Under the pieces are notes generated by a model, which had not been told where the DNA came from, made no database searches, and saw only the letters and a list, made by a program, of their open reading frames with translations. Source: an uncultured Chitinophagales bacterium (lineage in GTDB: Bacteria; Bacteroidota; Ignavibacteria; UBA10030; UBA6906). From it: DNA of 64,000 nucleotides. Below, in pieces: positions 59,811 through 64,000 of this stretch; positions within the stretch are counted from its first letter, which is position 1; each line of letters begins with the position of its first letter. A program made the position numbers and the translations under genes. The stretch lies in contig CAZIHJ010000003.1 in the NCBI GenBank assembly GCA_964538485.1, positions 3,097-67,096 on the forward strand, read 5' to 3'.

Positions 59811-59846
59811 AAAAAAGGCGACCTTGTCTGGTCGCCTTTTTTTTGT
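59811..59846. terminator. bidirectional intrinsic terminator between convergent ahcY and the response regulator
   Basis: AAAAAAGGCGACC-ttgtct-GGTCGCCTTTTTTTT, with A- and T-tracts on either side. Confidence 0.65.
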
Positions 59847-59864
59847 TTTGGTCGCTGAGGTTAT

Positions 59865-60239
59865 CTATGCCGAACCGAGTATTCTTTTTATAGACGCAAC
59901 AAGATAATCCATGTTATACGGCTTGGTGATATAATCATCTGCTCCAAGTCTCAGGCTTTCAATTGCCACCGAAAGACCAACCACCCCGGTGAGGATAATT
60001 ACGCGGCACTCGGGAGAATTCTGCTTGACGAATGTCAACACATCCAACCCTGATTTTCCGGGCATGGTAATATCCAGCAGCAGCAAGTCGTACTGAGAGT
60101 GTTTGAGTTTTTCTATTGCGACCAAACCATCTTCAGCTTCATCAATTGCAAACCCCGCAAGCCCCAACTGCTCTTTCACAATCAGGCGCAGCTCGGCATC
60201 ATCATCCACAAAGAGTATGTTATTCTTTTCTGTTTTCAT
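59865..60239 (-). CDS. stand-alone response-regulator receiver (CheY-like)
   Basis: 124 aa with DDD...D57-like (LLLDITMPG)...T...K (ITKP) receiver residues and no output domain. Confidence 0.8.
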   Translation of the reverse strand: MKTEKNNILFVDDDAELRLIVKEQLGLAGFAIDEAEDGLVAIEKLKHSQYDLLLLDITMPGKSGLDVLTFVKQNSPECRVIILTGVVGLSVAIESLRLGADDYITKPYNMDYLVASIKRILGSA

Positions 60240-60384
60240 GTGTTGTCAAGGACTGCCAAAATAACCCAATCTTGTCAAGAAAGTCAATAATTTCCCCTGC
60301 CGAAAATTCCCTATTGCAAGTCTATCCTGGAGTTATTATATATCGCAGTAAATTTCTACGTGACATTCTCCTTCTATTCGCGTC

Positions 60385-63300
60385 ATGAAGCTCCTGCGGT
60401 TGGTTGCCCTTGTTGCTGCAGCAACGCCTTCTACGTTTTCGCAGTTTCCGTATGCTGAAAACTTTGATCTTGTTTTTCCTCCGGAACTCCCGACTGGCTG
60501 GATATCATCGCAGAACCGGACACCCGGCACGAACGACTTTACCACGACCATCTCTACTCCACGCTCTTTCCCTAATACAGCCATAAGTACCAACGCCACT
60601 ATTGGGCAGGAACTTCACTCACGAGTCCTCGATTTTAGCGGCACGCAACCCGACAGTGTGGTATTTTATACTCGACGGTCATCGTCACACAATGCAAGGT
60701 TGGTCGTTGAAGCCTCACTAGATAGCGGAGCGACATATACGGTTCCCATCGGTGATACTTTGAGAAACGCAGGTTCCACGAACTTCGTTCTTCACGGGTT
60801 TGCGTTGCCTGACACACTCTCGACTAGCGCAAATGTGCGTTTGCGATGGCGAGTACTTCCTGATCCGGCCGGAGCAACAGGTACACTCAGAATTGACGAC
60901 ATTCTCGTGACAACCAAGGTCATGCACGACCTGGAGATGTATAGGATCTCTTTTTCGCCCGCAGCAGCAACGGAATCAGACAGTGTTGTCGCGCTTGCCG
61001 CAGTACGTAATAGCGGGTTGAGCCCTGCAGAAAATTTTGTTGTGGAATTCTATCATGATTCAAACAACGACTCAATACCCCAATCGCCCGAATTCCTGAC
61101 GAGCTCGTCTGTGGCAAGTACCCTTGTCCCATCCGAGACCCTCCAAGTATTCATTCCGCTTGGGAGCTGGCCTCCCGGAAGCCACTCTATTATCGCTGTG
61201 GCGGTATATCCGCCTGATCAGAGTCTCGAGAACAACCGGGAGATTGCACAACTGCGTGTTGGGTATAGGCCGCAGAGCATTGTTATCAATGAAATACTCT
61301 ATGCCCCGATAAGTGGCGAGCCGGAGTGGGTGGAGCTTTACAATAATCGTCCGGACTCAATTTCCTTGCGAGGATGGCTGGTGTCAGATAATCTCGTTTC
61401 AGCAAAGAAGCTGATCACTTCCGTGGAACGGTACGTTCCACCATTTGGTTTCGTTGTGCTCACAAAAGATTCCGCGGGGCTTGTTGATCTTTATCCCGGT
61501 ATTGCTTCTATGACTATCGATGTGTCAGCATTGCCGACACTCAACAATTCCGGGGATGCGGCTGTGTTGTACGATGACCGTGCGGCCACTATGGATTCCG
61601 TGAGTTATCTGCCGGTATGGGGAGGGAATAGCGGGGGTAACTCGCTCGATCGGATCGACCCGCTTGGAAGTTCAACGCACTCTCTCAACTGGGGAACTTC
61701 TCGTTTAAAAACGCCGGGGAAGAAGAACAGTCTGACACGTAAAGAGTTCGATATTGTTCTCGACACAGTATGGATTCAGCCGGGACAACCGATATCTGGT
61801 GAAGATGTTGCGTTCACCGTTGGAGTCAGGAATGTGGGGCTTCAAGTTTCACCACAACAAATGGTGTTGTTGTATGAAGACACCAACAGTGATTCTCTTG
61901 CCCAGTATCATGAGCTGATTGATTCTGCGATGGTGGCGGCTCTATCCCCGCTCGACTCGGCATCATGTCTTGTTCAAATTGATGGACATGGGGCGGGGAG
62001 GTATGACTTCATTGTTACCGTCAAGTGGGAGATGGACGAGGACTCGGTAAATAACACACTCAGAAGTTCTCTTGTTATTGGCTATCCTTCCGGAACTGTT
62101 TGTATCAACGAGATCATGTATGCACCATCCGCCGGCGTTCCGGAGTGGGCAGAGTTTGTCAATGTTGGAGCAGACACCATCGTGATGGAGGGCTGGAAAC
62201 TTGGAAATAGAAGCGGCACCCCCCGATATGTGATCTCTCAACTCCCGATAACGCTTTCACCCAACGCTCTGTTGGTTGTTACCAAAGATACTGCGCTGCT
62301 TCGCACTGCTTATCCCGGGATTCCGGGCGCAGTTGTGCAATCCGCCGCGCTGCCGACGTTTCTCTGGAATAATTCCGGTGATGCGGTTGTCCTCGTTGAC
62401 AATAGGAATGCAGTGATGGACACAGTGCAATACCATCCGGCATGGGGCGGATTCGGAGGCATGTCATTGGAGCGGATTGATCCGTTGGGTGATCCGCAGG
62501 ATTCCCTTAATTGGTCATCGAGTGTGGATTCCATGAACGCAACTCCCGGCCGTCCCAATTCCATCGTTGTCGTTGATCATGATATGAGGATGCTGCGCGT
62601 ACCGATGCTGAGTGTGACACCGGGTGAACCTGCAGTATTCATTGTGACAGTACAAAATGCCGGCCGGCTTCCAACAAGTGCATTCAACGTCGGTTTGTAC
62701 CACGATACAAATAGAGACTCTGTTGCGGAGATTGGGGAGCGTGTGGCAGAAACAACGGTAACACAATCGCTGGTATATAGAGAGACATTACAAGTGGAAA
62801 TTGTATGGCCAAGCCCGTCTTCGGGATTGTTGCCTGTGCTGGTGCAGATTGGCTATCCGGACGATGAGCGTCTGCGCAATAATGATTCATGGACAACGAT
62901 AAAAGTGGGATATGCAACACGTTCCCTGGTAATCAATGAAATTATGTATGCGCCGTTTTCGGGGAAAGCCGAGTATGTCGAACTGCTGAATATCTCGGAC
63001 CACGTTGTGGATGCTGCCTATTGGACCGTGTCGGATATGCCGTCCGCGACGGGATCGTTTACGACCCTCAGTCTCGGGGCAAATCGCAGGGAGATTGCGC
63101 CCGGTGCGTTCATGCTACTGGCATCCGATTCGTCCATACTTGCATCTTATCCCACGGTACAAGAAATGGACACCGCTCATGTGCTTGTCGCGCGGAGTAC
63201 GTGGCCGGGCCTTAACAATGACGGAGACGCAGTCGTTTTGCGAGATCCCATCGGTCAACTGATTGATAGTGTCCAGTATCATCCTTCCTGGCATAATCCC

Positions 63301-63768
63301 GGAGTGGCTGATAATGTGAACCGTTCACTTGAGAAAATAAATCCGCGACTTGGAAGCAATGATAAGCGGGGGTGGAGTACATGTGCCCATTTTATTGGTG
63401 GAACACCAGGTCGGCAGAACAGTATTTTCACCACCGTTACTCCTTCATCGTCGTCGGTTTCCTTCTCTCCCAATCCGTTCTCCCCCGATGGAGACGGATG
63501 GGAGGACTTTACCCTCATTCACTTTGAGTTACCGCTCCGGGTGTCGGTAATAAGAATAACAATCTTCGATGTGAAAGGGAGGTTGATCCGCACTCTTGCC
63601 AACAATGAGCCGGCTGGTGCAACGGGCAATATTGTGTGGGATGGCAATGATGACGATGGTCGGAAAGCACGTATCGGCATGTATGTAGTGATTCTGGAAG
63701 GAGTCGATCAGGGGGGCGGCGTTGTCGAAACCGCGAAGGGTGTGGTCGTGCTTGCTGCAAAACTCTGA
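60385..63768 (+). CDS. secreted 1127-aa protein with three lamin-tail-domain (LTD) repeats and a T9SS-type C-terminal sorting domain
   Basis: Signal peptide. Three repeated INEI(L/M)YAP...EW(V/A)E(L/F) LTD cores at about 61284, 62104 and 62931. C-terminal FSPNPFSPDGDG...GMYVVILEG tail. Confidence 0.7.
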   Translation: MKLLRLVALVAAATPSTFSQFPYAENFDLVFPPELPTGWISSQNRTPGTNDFTTTISTPRSFPNTAISTNATIGQELHSRVLDFSGTQPDSVVFYTRRSSSHNARLVVEASLDSGATYTVPIGDTLRNAGSTNFVLHGFALPDTLSTSANVRLRWRVLPDPAGATGTLRIDDILVTTKVMHDLEMYRISFSPAAATESDSVVALAAVRNSGLSPAENFVVEFYHDSNNDSIPQSPEFLTSSSVASTLVPSETLQVFIPLGSWPPGSHSIIAVAVYPPDQSLENNREIAQLRVGYRPQSIVINEILYAPISGEPEWVELYNNRPDSISLRGWLVSDNLVSAKKLITSVERYVPPFGFVVLTKDSAGLVDLYPGIASMTIDVSALPTLNNSGDAAVLYDDRAATMDSVSYLPVWGGNSGGNSLDRIDPLGSSTHSLNWGTSRLKTPGKKNSLTRKEFDIVLDTVWIQPGQPISGEDVAFTVGVRNVGLQVSPQQMVLLYEDTNSDSLAQYHELIDSAMVAALSPLDSASCLVQIDGHGAGRYDFIVTVKWEMDEDSVNNTLRSSLVIGYPSGTVCINEIMYAPSAGVPEWAEFVNVGADTIVMEGWKLGNRSGTPRYVISQLPITLSPNALLVVTKDTALLRTAYPGIPGAVVQSAALPTFLWNNSGDAVVLVDNRNAVMDTVQYHPAWGGFGGMSLERIDPLGDPQDSLNWSSSVDSMNATPGRPNSIVVVDHDMRMLRVPMLSVTPGEPAVFIVTVQNAGRLPTSAFNVGLYHDTNRDSVAEIGERVAETTVTQSLVYRETLQVEIVWPSPSSGLLPVLVQIGYPDDERLRNNDSWTTIKVGYATRSLVINEIMYAPFSGKAEYVELLNISDHVVDAAYWTVSDMPSATGSFTTLSLGANRREIAPGAFMLLASDSSILASYPTVQEMDTAHVLVARSTWPGLNNDGDAVVLRDPIGQLIDSVQYHPSWHNPGVADNVNRSLEKINPRLGSNDKRGWSTCAHFIGGTPGRQNSIFTTVTPSSSSVSFSPNPFSPDGDGWEDFTLIHFELPLRVSVIRITIFDVKGRLIRTLANNEPAGATGNIVWDGNDDDGRKARIGMYVVILEGVDQGGGVVETAKGVVVLAAKL

Positions 63769-63775
63769 TGGTTGT

Positions 63776-64000
63776 CTACATCCAACTCCCTGCGTATCTG
63801 CCGAAGAGGAGTCTGTCGATGAACTTCACCATCCGTGTCGGGTCAACGAACTTGCTCAGGTAGTAATTCCTTTCCGGATCGGCGTCGCGTACTTGCCGTG
63901 AATCCTCCTCAAATGTAGAGAGGAAGACAAACTTGGTCCGCTTGTATCGTTCGACTTCCCGGACAAAACTAAACAGCTTCATCCCGTCGAATCCGGGCAT
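63776..64000 (-). CDS. response-regulator receiver domain, C-terminal part only (start lies beyond the window)
   Basis: MPGFDGMKLFSFVRE...FVFLS...LSKFVDP matches the C-terminal half of a receiver domain. The ORF is open at the window edge. Confidence 0.5.
   Translation of the reverse strand: MPGFDGMKLFSFVREVERYKRTKFVFLSTFEEDSRQVRDADPERNYYLSKFVDPTRMVKFIDRLLFGRYAGSWM

Noticed and set aside
1-64000. CRISPR arrays, IS elements/transposases, integrases, tRNA/rRNA/tmRNA/RNase P genes
   Set aside because: No direct-repeat/spacer periodicity, no DDE or tyrosine-recombinase ORFs, and no tRNA-like T-loop or RNase P conserved cores were seen by eye in any intergenic region. Their absence is by visual inspection only and should be confirmed with tRNAscan-SE and Infernal.

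Overview
This is a densely coded 64-kb chromosomal segment of about 55-58% GC, coding on both strands. It probably comes from an FCB-group bacterium (Bacteroidota / Ignavibacteriota / Rhodothermota-like). The cues are T9SS-type C-terminal sorting domains, Reg_prop repeats, a TonB-dependent receptor with an N-terminal carboxypeptidase-regulatory-like domain, a DUF3276 gene, and a TTG...TAnnTTTG-type promoter.

Most of the window is core metabolism:
- **Kynurenine cluster:** an ACMSD-like amidohydrolase (truncated at the 5' window edge), dinB, kynureninase and kynurenine 3-monooxygenase.
- **Thiamine uptake:** a clear TPP riboswitch with an intrinsic terminator, followed by a TonB-dependent receptor, thiamine pyrophosphokinase and an SSS-family permease.
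- **Histidine utilisation:** hutU, hutI, glutamate formimidoyltransferase and a separate cyclodeaminase, plus adenosine deaminase.
- **Housekeeping block on the minus strand:** gcvP, rnc, and a classic yceD-rpmF-plsX-fabH-fabD-X-fabG-acpP-fabF cluster, where X is an embedded Cys-rich protein.
- **Other:** ribH, ptsI-ptsH with a PGI/PMI-type isomerase, polyprenyl synthase plus type-2 IPP isomerase, and metK-ahcY.

The less ordinary content is:
- a minus-strand operon encoding a 946-aa fusion of an HExxH domain, a TolB-like propeller and an Omp85 barrel, together with a BamB-like lipoprotein and a PEGA protein;
- a plus-strand operon of exported proteins built around a TAT-signal class-V PLP enzyme and a lipoprotein RidA;
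- a low-GC GxxExxY gene bracketed by perfect 18-bp inverted repeats;
- a membrane PP2C phosphatase coupled to a secreted HExxH protein;
- an intergenic region with nested inverted repeats;
- a secreted 1127-aa protein with three lamin-tail-domain repeats, flanked by orphan response regulators.

I found no rRNA, tRNA, CRISPR array or transposase.
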